Below, piece after piece: positions 47,437 to 57,526 of a stretch of DNA of 64,000 nt. Both the position numbers and the translations under genes were made by a program. Source of the stretch: an uncultured Clostridia bacterium (GTDB lineage Bacteria; Bacillota; Clostridia; TANB77; CAG-508); the NCBI GenBank assembly GCA_944393375.1, contig CALXZX010000006.1, positions 1,366 to 65,365 of the forward strand, written 5' to 3'. The notes under the pieces are model-generated. The model ran no database searches, was not told the DNA's origin, and worked only from the letters and a program-made list of their open reading frames with translations. Every line of letters begins with the position of its first letter. Positions within the stretch are counted from its first letter, which is position 1.

Positions 47437-48384
47437 ATGATAATTGATTTTGGAATGAATTGGGAAAATTTTTATACAGATAATATTGTAGGATATATAA
47501 AATCATTACAAGAAAATCCATTTGAATTAATTACACTAATTATTGATTTAGCCATTGTAATATTTTTGATATATTCCTTTTTAAAAATTGTAAAAGGATC
47601 TAGAGCATGGCAATTGATAAAAGGAATTGTCTTATTAATTGTGATTACTTGGCTTAGTGGATTATTTAATTTACAAATTTTAAATTGGATTTTAACAGGT
47701 ATCATGAACTTGGGGGTCATTGCTATCATTGTTATATTCCAACCAGAATTAAGGAGAGGACTTGAACAATTAGGAACCAACAAATTTACAAAGTTTTTTG
47801 GAATTGACAAAGATTTAGCAACAAAGACAAAAGAAGATATTTATAAAATTGTTATTGCAGCAGTGGAATTATCCAAAAATAAAATAGGTGCTTTAATTGT
47901 TATAGAAAGAGATATCAAAATACAAGATGTTATAGCTAGTGGAATACCAATGAATGCAGATGTATCTCCTCAGTTATTGGTTAATATCTTTGAGCCAAAG
48001 ACACCATTACATGATGGAGCAGTCATTATTTCGGGAAATAAAATAGCGGCAGCAGCTTGTGTATTACCACTTGCAGATGATAATGATATAGCAAAAGAAT
48101 TAGGAACAAGACATAGGGCAGCCATTGGAATATCTAAAGAATCTGATAGTATTGTAGTGGTTGTTTCTGAAGAAACAGGAAAAATTTCTATTGCAAAAGA
48201 TGGAACATTAATTGCAGATGTTAGTGAGGACGCTTTGAAAAAGATATTAATTACGAATGTAGTAACCAAAAGATTTGCAATAGAAAAAAGAGAAAGAAGA
48301 AATAAAATAAGAGAAATTAGAGAAAAATTACATAAAGAAAACCAAGAAGAAAAAGTTAAAGAAGATGAAGAAAAGAAAGAATAG
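47437..48384 (+). CDS. cdaA: Diadenylate cyclase CdaA (DisA_N domain)
   Basis: Three N-terminal TM helices, GALIVIERD, HDGAVII, GTRHRAA motifs. Carries a K/E-rich C-terminal extension. Confidence 0.85.
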   Translation: MIIDFGMNWENFYTDNIVGYIKSLQENPFELITLIIDLAIVIFLIYSFLKIVKGSRAWQLIKGIVLLIVITWLSGLFNLQILNWILTGIMNLGVIAIIVIFQPELRRGLEQLGTNKFTKFFGIDKDLATKTKEDIYKIVIAAVELSKNKIGALIVIERDIKIQDVIASGIPMNADVSPQLLVNIFEPKTPLHDGAVIISGNKIAAAACVLPLADDNDIAKELGTRHRAAIGISKESDSIVVVVSEETGKISIAKDGTLIADVSEDALKKILITNVVTKRFAIEKRERRNKIREIREKLHKENQEEKVKEDEEKKE

Positions 48385-48470
48385 AAAGTCGCAGTATGCG
48401 ACTTTTACTATTTAAATACACACCAAATTTATAAAGATAGATGTGAATTTAAGAAAGAGGAATTAAAATT

Positions 48471-49214
48471 ATGAGAAACATTAAATTAGTGATTGAATAT
48501 GATGGAAAAGATTTTAATGGCTGGCAAAAACAACCAACTAAATTAAATATTCAAGGAGAAATTGAAAAAGCGATTAAACGAATAACAGGAGAAGATGTAG
48601 ATTTAACAGCTTCAGGAAGAACGGATGCAGGTGTCCACGCTCTTGGACAAGTAGCTAATTTTAAAACGAATTCTAATATACCAATTGAAAAATTTCCAAT
48701 AGCATTAAATTCTAACTTAAAAAAATCTATTGTTATCAAATCTGCAGAAGAAGTAGAAGAAAGATTTCATAGTCGATTAAACTGTAAACGAAAAACATAT
48801 CGATATGTTATTAATAATTCAAAATATGGAACAGCTATTTATAGAAATTTAGAAACGCATATACCAATCAAATTAAATATACAGAAAATGCAAGAAGCCG
48901 TAAAATATTTTGAAGGAGAACATGATTTTAAAGCTTTTAAAGCAAGTGGAACAAGCAGTAAAAGTAGTGTGAGAACAATTTATAAAGCACAGGTAATAGA
49001 GGCAGAAAATGAAAGAATTTATATAGAATTAACAGGAAATGGTTTTTTATATAATATGGTAAGAATTATTTCAGGAACACTGGTAGAAGTAGGAATGGGA
49101 AAAATAGCACCAGAAGAAATAAAAACAATTATAGAATCTCAAAAAAGAGAAAATGCAGGAAAAACATTACCTCCACAGGGGTTATATTTAGTTAAAGTAG
49201 AATATGAAATATAA
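48471..49214 (+). CDS. truA: tRNA pseudouridine(38-40) synthase
   Basis: YDGKDFNGWQKQ and catalytic GRTDAGVHA motifs. Confidence 0.9.
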   Translation: MRNIKLVIEYDGKDFNGWQKQPTKLNIQGEIEKAIKRITGEDVDLTASGRTDAGVHALGQVANFKTNSNIPIEKFPIALNSNLKKSIVIKSAEEVEERFHSRLNCKRKTYRYVINNSKYGTAIYRNLETHIPIKLNIQKMQEAVKYFEGEHDFKAFKASGTSSKSSVRTIYKAQVIEAENERIYIELTGNGFLYNMVRIISGTLVEVGMGKIAPEEIKTIIESQKRENAGKTLPPQGLYLVKVEYEI

Positions 49215-49304
49215 TCTAATTAATATTAAAGCATCTTTTTATAATATGAACAAACTTAATGTATTATGCATAAAATATAGTAAAAAAGAAAAAGGAGAAA
49301 GCAT

Positions 49305-49937
49305 ATGAATACAATTTTACTTATATTTTTTGCAATACCATTGGCTGTTATCATATTTTCCATAGCATTACAAAAAATATTAAAATGTCCAGCATTAGTG
49401 GCAGGAATCATATTTGCAATAGGTGTTATTATCACATTTATTATAGGAAATTTAATAATTCTAGCAGCTACGTTGATTTATACATTTATTAGTTATATCA
49501 CAGCACTGATTACTTGTTTGATATGTAGATTTTTTAATAATGATAATAATAAAGACAATTGTTGTAGAAGAAATCATTGTTGGAATAGTAATAACAATAA
49601 TGAAAATGACTTATTAACCATAAGTAGTAGGTGTCATAATAATGGAAATGGTGATTTATTAACAATCAATAGCAGTTGTGCAAATGGAAACACCAATAAT
49701 TTACTAACAATTAGTAGTCATAATAATGGAAGTGGTTGTTGTAACAACGATAATAATAGTTGTGGATGTGAAAACAACAATGGAGTAAATACAATTAATG
49801 GTGTTATTAGAATTGTAGATAACAATGGAAACAGTTCTTGTAATAATGATGAAATAACAACTAGAATTAATGTAGTGCCAAACACTGCCAATAATGGAAG
49901 AACAGGATGCATTTGTGGAAGATATAGAAGAAGATGA
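49305..49937 (+). CDS. Membrane protein with Asn/Cys-rich low-complexity C-terminal half
   Basis: Two or three N-terminal TM helices, then NNDNNKDNCCRRNHCWNSNNNN with three (D/N)LLTI(S/N)S repeats and CC/CGC clusters. Confidence 0.55.
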   Translation: MNTILLIFFAIPLAVIIFSIALQKILKCPALVAGIIFAIGVIITFIIGNLIILAATLIYTFISYITALITCLICRFFNNDNNKDNCCRRNHCWNSNNNNENDLLTISSRCHNNGNGDLLTINSSCANGNTNNLLTISSHNNGSGCCNNDNNSCGCENNNGVNTINGVIRIVDNNGNSSCNNDEITTRINVVPNTANNGRTGCICGRYRRR

Positions 49938-49994
49938 CCAATTAAGGGGATTTTGAGGATAGACTCATTTTCCCTTAATTGGCCATTTTTTTTT
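49938..49994 (+). terminator. Intrinsic terminator
   Basis: 11-bp stem CCAATTAAGGG / CCCTTAATTGG followed by T9. Confidence 0.8.
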
Positions 49995-50054
49995 ATTTCA
50001 GTTGAAATTTTATGGGAATTATGGTAATATATATCATACGAAAAGGAGGAAAAG

Positions 50055-50909
50055 ATGTTAGAAGTAATAGAAGATACAATAATAGATAGTGTAAGATTAA
50101 TTCCTTTTTTATTTCTTACCTATCTACTAATGGAATACATAGAACATAAAACCAAAGAAAAAACAAAGGATACCATAAAAAAATCAGGAAAATTTGGACC
50201 ATTTTTTGGAGCCTTGCTAGGTATTGTGCCTCAATGTGGATTTTCTGTTTCTGCTACTAATTTATATGCAGCAAGGGTAATAACTTTAGGTACATTAATT
50301 GCAGTTTACTTATCTACATCAGATGAAATGTTGCCTATATTCCTATCAGAAGGTGTAGCTATTGATGTTATTATAAAAATATTAGCTATAAAATTAGTAA
50401 TTGGTATGATAGCAGGTTTCTTGATAGATTTGGTTATACGATTAAAAAATAAAGGAAAACAAGAAGAAGAAAAAATTATTGATCTATGTGAAAAAGAACA
50501 TTGTCATTGTGAACATGGAATATGGAAATCGGCTTTAAAACATACTGTAAATATATTTATTTTTATATGTATTATCACATTTATTATTAATTTAGCAATT
50601 TATTTTATTGGAGAAGAAACAATAGCTGGATTTATGTTAGATAGACCAGTACTAGGACCAATTATATCTGGAATTATTGGTTTAATTCCAAATTGTGCTT
50701 CATCAGTTATTATTACACAAATGTATTTGGAAAACATTATATCTGTTGGGACAATGATTGCAGGCTTGTTAGTTGGTGCAGGTGTAGGACTAGCAGTATT
50801 ATTTAGAACAAATAAAGGTATAAAAGAAAATATAAAAATTACTGTTTTATTATATGCAATAGGAGTTATATCTGGTATCATATTAGAATTAATTGGATTA
50901 ACAATATAA
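50055..50909 (+). CDS. Polytopic membrane protein, ArsP_2 (putative 10-TM metal exporter)-like
   Basis: Two homologous halves, each with a P(Q/N)C(G/A)(F/S)S motif (IVPQCGFSVS; LIPNCASSVI), and a His/Cys-rich central loop (CEKEHCHCEH). Confidence 0.45.
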   Translation: MLEVIEDTIIDSVRLIPFLFLTYLLMEYIEHKTKEKTKDTIKKSGKFGPFFGALLGIVPQCGFSVSATNLYAARVITLGTLIAVYLSTSDEMLPIFLSEGVAIDVIIKILAIKLVIGMIAGFLIDLVIRLKNKGKQEEEKIIDLCEKEHCHCEHGIWKSALKHTVNIFIFICIITFIINLAIYFIGEETIAGFMLDRPVLGPIISGIIGLIPNCASSVIITQMYLENIISVGTMIAGLLVGAGVGLAVLFRTNKGIKENIKITVLLYAIGVISGIILELIGLTI

Positions 50910-50963
50910 AAATTAAAAAAGATAAATTAAAAGACTTACAATTTTGTAAGTCTTTTAATAAAC

Positions 50964-53291
50964 TTATTTTTTTTCATTTCTTTTGAAATTAATAACAACA
51001 GCATCATCATTATCGAACAAATATCTAGAGTCTGTAGTATCTGTTTGTACGGGATTAATTTCATCTCTTTCATCTTTAAAATCTAGATTTTTTAAATCAA
51101 ATTTCTTTTTAGGTGAAGTATCATCTTCTGTGGCAGTTGTTACACCATCAGAATATTTACCAAAATCAAATATCTTAATTTTTTGTTTTTCTTTATACTT
51201 AGATTCTAAATAATTAAATCTACCAGGTCCTACCATTAATTTTCCACCAATGTCTTTTATTTTATAAGCACATTTTTTATCTGTTAATAAACCTTGCAAT
51301 TTTCCAGGTGTGAAATAATCAACGTATGCCCATTTTGCATCACCATATTTATGTGTATATTCTACTTTATCAGTATCAAAATCTACCTTATAGGTCCATT
51401 CTCTATGTGAACCAAATTCTGAAACCCACCATTTTAATTCATCAATAACAGCATTACCTGTAAATACTTTGTTTGAACAGTTTGATAAAATGGTGTTCCT
51501 ATAATTCTCTCTAGATTTTGGAGTTTCCAATTGTGCTAAGTTTTGAGCAGAAATAATAGTTCCAACACGATATTTTCTATACATTGTGAAAATAGCTTCT
51601 GTTGCCTTACAAATAAAGTCAGGAAATTCATCAACATATAAGAAATTAGGAACTCTCGAACTTTCTCCACCAGGTCTTCTTAAAACGGCATTTTGCATTG
51701 AGATTAAGAAGAACAATCCAAAAGCTTGATGTGTTGAAGAACCTAAGTCACCACGTCTAGTACATACAAAAGTAATATCTCCATTTGCAAGAGCTTTATC
51801 AAAATCAATATTATTAAAACGATTACATAATATTGATTTAACACCAGGTAATCTTAAAAGATTATCTAATTGTGTGACTGCTGCATAAATATCTTTTTCA
51901 GTTTGTTCTCTAGCACTACCATCTTTATAGAAACATTTTTTAAAGTAAGCAAGTTGTATAGCATATTTTTCTTTCAATTCTTCGTCATGTGCCAATATTT
52001 CACACATTTTTTCTATCAATTCAAAGTTAGTGAACATTTTTAGCATATCTTCCATATTAGGAAGGGCACCTTCGTTCATTCTAGGATACATTTCTTTTAG
52101 TAAGATAGCTAAGTTTTCAATTGCTTGAATGATAAAGTCTTCTCTGTAAGCATCTTCTACTTCTTCATGAGCATTATTATACATAGCCTTTAAGGCAGAA
52201 GAAATAGTAATTGCTATTTTTGCAGGTTCATCATATACAAAAGGATTTAATCCCATTGAATTAGGATTAGATGGGTCAATCATATTATACTTGAATCCAT
52301 AATTTTCACAAACTTGTGTCATATGGTCAATTAATTCATAATCTGGAGACATGATTTCTAATCCTAAATTTTTGTATACATTTTCTCCATTTAATGTTCC
52401 CAAAATCATTTTTTTCATATAGACATTATAAACATCTTCTTTTCCTTCAGTAGGAGCAAGCATTTCTAGTTTAAAATTTTGATTTAAATAATCGTTATCA
52501 TATGGTCTCTTTAAGTGAGCAATGCCCGTTTTTAAAGCAGTGAATCCCATTTCTTTAGAAACTTCTCTAAAAAAGTATTTTTTCTCAATATCTCTAGCAA
52601 TCATTGGTTCAAAAATTAAAGAAGTTTTTCCTGTTCCAGAACCACCACATACAAATAATGATAAATATCTAGAAACTTCTGGAATGATAATGGTTTTACC
52701 ATAATCATCATCTGTACATAAAAAGACCTCACAAGTATAGACACCTCTATCTTTTTTAGGGTCTGATAAATCAATACCTTTATAGTCCCAAATAGAACGA
52801 ATTTGATCCAAAGTATCATTGATACCCATGTATAACCATTTAAATAATGGGAATATTGTAACTAATGGTAAATAAAGTGAAATACTTATAAAAGCTGGTT
52901 TTACAATATCAGAAAAGTCGGTAATTAATTCTACGTAATCTGGAACTGATAATAATAATAACCAAGCTCCCATATTTAGCCATTGGGTAAACATAGAAAT
53001 TGCAATAATATATAATCCAATAATATATATATAGAATATAGAAACTTTCTTCATATTTGATGTTGCAAATTCAGAATGTCCAGAAAATAAAAATGCAAAT
53101 ATAGGACAAGCTAATGCTAATGTATATTGTATAGGTCCCCAATAAGAATAGGATACACCTGTAAATATCATGAAAAGCATTTCAACAATTCTATCTACTG
53201 CTAAATATACAGTTAATAGAGTTAAAATATATGTTGCAAAAGTATTTCTATTGACATTTAGTTTCTTTAAAAATTTATCTATCAGCTTCAT
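50964..53291 (-). CDS. VirD4/TraG/TraD-like type IV coupling-protein-family ATPase with ~5 N-terminal TM helices
   Basis: Walker A VCGGSGTGKTS, Walker B-like NFLYVDEFPDF, downstream RKYRVGTIISAQNLAQL block. Plus a 150-aa C-terminal extension. Confidence 0.6.
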   Translation of the reverse strand: MKLIDKFLKKLNVNRNTFATYILTLLTVYLAVDRIVEMLFMIFTGVSYSYWGPIQYTLALACPIFAFLFSGHSEFATSNMKKVSIFYIYIIGLYIIAISMFTQWLNMGAWLLLLSVPDYVELITDFSDIVKPAFISISLYLPLVTIFPLFKWLYMGINDTLDQIRSIWDYKGIDLSDPKKDRGVYTCEVFLCTDDDYGKTIIIPEVSRYLSLFVCGGSGTGKTSLIFEPMIARDIEKKYFFREVSKEMGFTALKTGIAHLKRPYDNDYLNQNFKLEMLAPTEGKEDVYNVYMKKMILGTLNGENVYKNLGLEIMSPDYELIDHMTQVCENYGFKYNMIDPSNPNSMGLNPFVYDEPAKIAITISSALKAMYNNAHEEVEDAYREDFIIQAIENLAILLKEMYPRMNEGALPNMEDMLKMFTNFELIEKMCEILAHDEELKEKYAIQLAYFKKCFYKDGSAREQTEKDIYAAVTQLDNLLRLPGVKSILCNRFNNIDFDKALANGDITFVCTRRGDLGSSTHQAFGLFFLISMQNAVLRRPGGESSRVPNFLYVDEFPDFICKATEAIFTMYRKYRVGTIISAQNLAQLETPKSRENYRNTILSNCSNKVFTGNAVIDELKWWVSEFGSHREWTYKVDFDTDKVEYTHKYGDAKWAYVDYFTPGKLQGLLTDKKCAYKIKDIGGKLMVGPGRFNYLESKYKEKQKIKIFDFGKYSDGVTTATEDDTSPKKKFDLKNLDFKDERDEINPVQTDTTDSRYLFDNDDAVVINFKRNEKK

Positions 53292-53494
53292 TTAAAATAT
53301 CCTTTCAAAATTTAAAATCATACATATATATTATCCTACAAAATGGCTAAAAAAACAAGACTTTTAGCGAAATTTATTTAATTTTTGAGCATTATACCAA
53401 AGGTACAAATTTTCTAGCAATTTTAATTTTAGTATAAAGAAACACATATTTGAATATACTATTAAAACAAAAAAATATTAAGGAGGAGTTTGTA

Positions 53495-53776
53495 GTGGAT
53501 GGATATTTGCAAGAAACAGAAATAGAAAATATGGAGGAAAAAGAAAGAGAAGTTGAACTTATCAAAAACATTATAAAGACGAGGAGAGAACTAAAAAATG
53601 TAGATAGGAATTTTGAATATGCACAAGATGATTTAGTAGATTATTATATCTATGAAATGAAGGCGAATCAAGCAAAATTAAATTATTTAATCAAAATGGC
53701 AAAAATGAAAGGAATTACTGTAGATATGATTAATGATATAAAATATAGACTTTCTAGTGAAGAAGAAGTGGGATAG
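53495..53776 (+). CDS. yaaL: DUF2508 (YaaL-like) protein
   Basis: GTG start 8 nt after AGGAGG. LKNVDRNFEYAQDDLVDYYIYEMKANQAKLNYLIKMAK fits the YaaL family pattern. Precedes bofA, as in Bacillus. Confidence 0.6.
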   Translation: MDGYLQETEIENMEEKEREVELIKNIIKTRRELKNVDRNFEYAQDDLVDYYIYEMKANQAKLNYLIKMAKMKGITVDMINDIKYRLSSEEEVG

Positions 53777-53843
53777 GTCTATTTGTCCAATTGATAGCAT
53801 AATAATGAGTAAGAGAATATATGTTATCAATTGGAGGGAGAAG

Positions 53844-54104
53844 ATGGATTTAAATACGATTACATATTTAGCTTGTATTTGTTTTATATTTATCATTGGA
53901 AGAATTTTTATTGTTCCACTAAAAAAGATATTAAAACTAATCATAAATTCAATATTTGGTGGGATTGTCATATATGTAATTAATTTAATAGGCGCTAACT
54001 TTGGATTTCATATAGGGTTAAATATTGTTAATAGTATCATAATAGGATTATTAGGACTACCTGGAGCAGTTTGTTTGATTATTGTAAAGTTATTAATAGG
54101 ATAA
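53844..54104 (+). CDS. bofA: Pro-sigma-K processing inhibitor BofA
   Basis: A GGAGGGAG RBS precedes the ATG at 53844. 86 aa, two TM helices, NIVNSIIIGLLGLPGAVCLII signature. Confidence 0.7.
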   Translation: MDLNTITYLACICFIFIIGRIFIVPLKKILKLIINSIFGGIVIYVINLIGANFGFHIGLNIVNSIIIGLLGLPGAVCLIIVKLLIG

Positions 54105-54245
54105 TCAAAAAAATATTGCTACTATTGAATTGTGTTGAAAGTTTTGATAAGATAAATATAAAGTCGTATATACAAAGTAATATAAACGGTAAATCAAGTA
54201 TCAAATTATAAAAAACAAATAAAATAATAAGGGGAGTAAAATAAA

Positions 54246-55025
54246 ATGAAATATATAAATCATAACGATAAATTAAATGATATTAAATTAAACAAAAATA
54301 ATTTCTATGTAGTGATTGATTTTGACAGAACAATAACAAAGGCTAAAAGTATTAGTGCATGGAGAGTATTATACTATTCAAAATTATTGGGAAAAGAATT
54401 CGAACAAAAATATGCTAAGATACATGATGAAACAGAATTAAGTAAAAATGAGAGCAATGAAGCAAAACAAAAAGCTTTTGAACAAAGATTTATAGCATAT
54501 ATGGATTTATTGAGAGAATGTCATTTTAATAAAAATATATTAGAAAAAGTAGTAGAAAAAACAGACTTAACGTTACGTGATGGGGCAAAAGAATTTTTTA
54601 GAAAAATGTATGAAAACAATATTCCGGTTATTATTATATCTAGTAGTATAAAAAATGTAATAGAAGAATATTTAAAACAAAATCATGCGTATTATGATAA
54701 TATTTACATATATGCTAATTATTTAGATATGAATGGAAAGCAAGAAAATGATATTACAAATGTGACACCATATAATAAAGACAAAATAGAGTTTTCTAGA
54801 GAATTAAAAGAAAATATAAAAGGTAAAAAATATGTAGTATTACTAGGGGACATACCAGATGATGTAAATATGGTATCAAAAGAAAAGTTAGACCATACCA
54901 TAACGATAGGATTTTTAGAAGAAAATATAGAATCTAATTTGGAAAAATATAACAAAACTTTTGATATTGTATTAACAAATAATGCAAGTTTTAAAGAAGT
55001 TTTAAAATTAATAGATTTTAATTAA
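54246..55025 (+). CDS. HAD-superfamily hydrolase, UMPH-1 (pyrimidine 5'-nucleotidase)-like
   Basis: DxDxT motif VVIDFDRTIT, motif II IIISSS, motif IV LLGDIPDD. Confidence 0.6.
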   Translation: MKYINHNDKLNDIKLNKNNFYVVIDFDRTITKAKSISAWRVLYYSKLLGKEFEQKYAKIHDETELSKNESNEAKQKAFEQRFIAYMDLLRECHFNKNILEKVVEKTDLTLRDGAKEFFRKMYENNIPVIIISSSIKNVIEEYLKQNHAYYDNIYIYANYLDMNGKQENDITNVTPYNKDKIEFSRELKENIKGKKYVVLLGDIPDDVNMVSKEKLDHTITIGFLEENIESNLEKYNKTFDIVLTNNASFKEVLKLIDFN

Positions 55026-55095
55026 AAAATAGGAAAAGACAAAATCAAAATATTTTGATCTTGTCTTTTTTTATTTTTTATATAGTTTTCAAAAT

Positions 55096-56937
55096 TTATT
55101 CAACTGTAACAGATTTTGCTAAGTTTCTAGGTTTATCAACATCTAATCCTTTTTCCTTTGAAATGTAATATGATAACAATTGTAAAGGAATAATAGATAA
55201 GATTGGTGAAATATATGGGCTAGTTTCAGGAATTTCTAATACAATATCAAACATTGATTTATCAATTTTTTGATTTGTAACAATAATTGTTTTGGCCCCA
55301 CGAGTAATGACTTCTTGAAGATTGCTAACTGTTTTTTCAACCAAGGTAGGTTCTGTCATAATTCCCACAACGGTTACATCTTTTTCAATTAAAGCAATAG
55401 CACCATGTTTTAATTCACCTGCTGCATAACTTTCTGAATGAATATATGAAATTTCTTTTAATTTTAAAGAACCTTCTTTGGCAACAGTTTCATCAACACC
55501 TCTACCAATAAAGAAAATATCTTTTTCTTGATAAATTTTCTTTGCAAAATCCTTAATTCTATCTTCTAATGTTAAACAATCTTCAATTTGTTTAGGCAAT
55601 GATAAAATTTCCTTTTTCAATTCATATAGCATTTCAGAATTTTTTTCTAATATTTCTGCAAAGTAAATAGCCAATATAACGATTAGAACCACTTGTGAAG
55701 TATATGCTTTTGTAGAAGCAACTGCAATTTCTGGTCCTGCATGTGTATAAATAGAATAATCTGCTTCTCTTGTAATAGAACTTCCAATAACATTAGAAAT
55801 AGCAAGTGTTTTCGCACCTTTTTGTTTTGATAATTTTAATGCAGCAATGGTATCTGCTGTTTCTCCTGATTGAGAAATAAAGATACATAATGTTTTATCA
55901 TCAATTAATGGGTCTCTATATCTAAATTCAGAAGCAATATCTACTTCAGTTGGAATTCTACAAAGTTTTTCAATAATATTTTTTCCTGCTAATCCAGCAT
56001 GCATTGCTGTACCACAAGCAACAATGTAAATTTTATTTAAACTTGATAAATACTCTTTTGTAAAGTTTAATTCATCAAATTCACATTTTGAGTTTTCACT
56101 AAATTTAGCACCTATGGTTTCACGAATAGCGGTTGGTTGCTCATGAATTTCTTTTAGCATAAAATCTTCGTAACCATTTTTCTCGCTACTAGCAGCATCC
56201 CATTCAATACTTTGTGTCTTTTTATCTATTTTATTTAAATCTTTATCATAAAATTCAGCAGAATCTCTTGATAAAAATACATATTCTAAATCATTTAAAA
56301 GATAGAAATTTCTAGTAAATGATAAGATAGCAGGAATATCTGAAGAAATATAATTTTCATCAATTCCTTTTCCAATAACTAAAGGGCTATCTTTTCTAAC
56401 AACAATCATATTATCAGGGAAGTCTTTACAAATAATTTCTAAAGCAAAACTTCCTTTTAAATCAGAACAAGCATTTTTTACTGCTGTTAAAAATTTCATT
56501 TTTCCTGTTTCTTTTGTCTCTTTTGTATAATAGTAATGAATTAAATTTGGAACAATTTCTGTATCTGTATCAGAATAAAATTTGTAACCATTATCCATTA
56601 AAAATTTTCTTAATTCATTATAATTTTCAATAATACCATTATGAACAACACTAAAATATTTTGAATTATCTTGATGAGGGTGTGCATTTTCTTTAGATGG
56701 TTTTCCATGTGTTGCCCATCTTGTATGTGCAATACCAATCGTACCTTTTAAATCATCAATTCCTTTTATATTATATAAATTTTTTACTCTCCCTTTATCT
56801 TTCATAACAACCAAACCTTCTGGTTCAATTGTTGAAATACCTGCAGAGTCATAACCTCTGTATTCCAATCTTAAAAGTCCATTGATTAAAATTGGACTTG
56901 CTTTTTGTTTTCCTATATAACCTACAATTCCACACAT
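55096..56937 (-). CDS. glmS: Glutamine-fructose-6-phosphate aminotransferase
   Basis: N-terminal MCGIVGY nucleophile, two SIS domains, C-terminal KSVTVE. Confidence 0.95.
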   Translation of the reverse strand: MCGIVGYIGKQKASPILINGLLRLEYRGYDSAGISTIEPEGLVVMKDKGRVKNLYNIKGIDDLKGTIGIAHTRWATHGKPSKENAHPHQDNSKYFSVVHNGIIENYNELRKFLMDNGYKFYSDTDTEIVPNLIHYYYTKETKETGKMKFLTAVKNACSDLKGSFALEIICKDFPDNMIVVRKDSPLVIGKGIDENYISSDIPAILSFTRNFYLLNDLEYVFLSRDSAEFYDKDLNKIDKKTQSIEWDAASSEKNGYEDFMLKEIHEQPTAIRETIGAKFSENSKCEFDELNFTKEYLSSLNKIYIVACGTAMHAGLAGKNIIEKLCRIPTEVDIASEFRYRDPLIDDKTLCIFISQSGETADTIAALKLSKQKGAKTLAISNVIGSSITREADYSIYTHAGPEIAVASTKAYTSQVVLIVILAIYFAEILEKNSEMLYELKKEILSLPKQIEDCLTLEDRIKDFAKKIYQEKDIFFIGRGVDETVAKEGSLKLKEISYIHSESYAAGELKHGAIALIEKDVTVVGIMTEPTLVEKTVSNLQEVITRGAKTIIVTNQKIDKSMFDIVLEIPETSPYISPILSIIPLQLLSYYISKEKGLDVDKPRNLAKSVTVE

Positions 56938-56989
56938 AATAAAATCCTCCTAAAATTTGTTTTTGGGAATTAAAGGTATGCAAATAAAA

Positions 56990-57134
56990 CCTATATGTAT
57001 TGACCTTTGTTACAATATTACTACTGCTCTTTAATCAATACTCATGACCATAAGTAAAAGCCATCAGAGCATCCGCCGAATCTTTCGATAACTCTGAACC
57101 TCGTCAACACCCAAAAAGAGTGTCCAGGCGCTAT
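56990..57134 (-). ncRNA. glmS ribozyme/riboswitch in the glmS 5' leader
   Basis: The reverse complement of 57133-57001 reads AGCGCCUGGACACUCUUUUUGGGUGUUGACGAGGUUCAGAGUUAUCGAAAGAUUCGGCGGAUGCUCUGAUGG...AAAGGUCA. The conserved blocks AGCGCC, GACGAGG, GUUAUCGAA and UUCGGCGGAUGC occur in canonical order. Confidence 0.85.
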
Positions 57135-57350
57135 ATATAAACGAAATATTGCCCTCCTTTCTAAAAATTTTGTTGCATACTTTTAATTTACTGCTATTAT
57201 ATTATACTAAATTAAAAAAATACGCAAGTCCTCATTAAAAAAAATTATTTTCTTGAAAAAAGAGTAAAAATATTTGGATTAAAAAAATGAATTTGAATAA
57301 GAGAATATTTTGGTAACTTTTAATAAAATGCATGAAAAATTAACATAAAT

Positions 57351-57379
57351 TTGAAAAAATCGACAAAAAGTGTTATACT
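57351..57379 (+). promoter_or_regulatory. Sigma-A-type promoter, TTGAAA-17 nt-TGtTATACT
   Basis: -35 at 57351-57356, extended -10 at 57371-57379. Confidence 0.55.
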
Positions 57380-57526
57380 ATAAATTGTACGACCCAAAGA
57401 GGTTGTATAGTACATTGAAAAATAGGTGTGATAACACCTCATACATAAATTGAGGCTTTTATTCAGCCTATTTTTCTTTGTGCAAAAATAAACACCGAAA
57501 GGTGTGGAAGAAAGGGGCTGAGATAG

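Noticed and set aside
49938-50054. Possible yybP-ykoY (Mn) riboswitch upstream of the ArsP_2-like exporter (AAGGGGA word)
   Set aside because: The element is a simple 11-bp hairpin plus T9, i.e. the terminator of the upstream gene. It is far too short for the four-helix riboswitch, and the exporter's promoter lies downstream of it.
57386-57412. PyrR-binding-site-like hairpin (GACCCAAAGAGGUUG vs consensus UCCAGAGAGGCU)
   Set aside because: The match is only partial, the flanking UUUAA/AAGG elements were not convincing, and there are no pyrimidine genes downstream.
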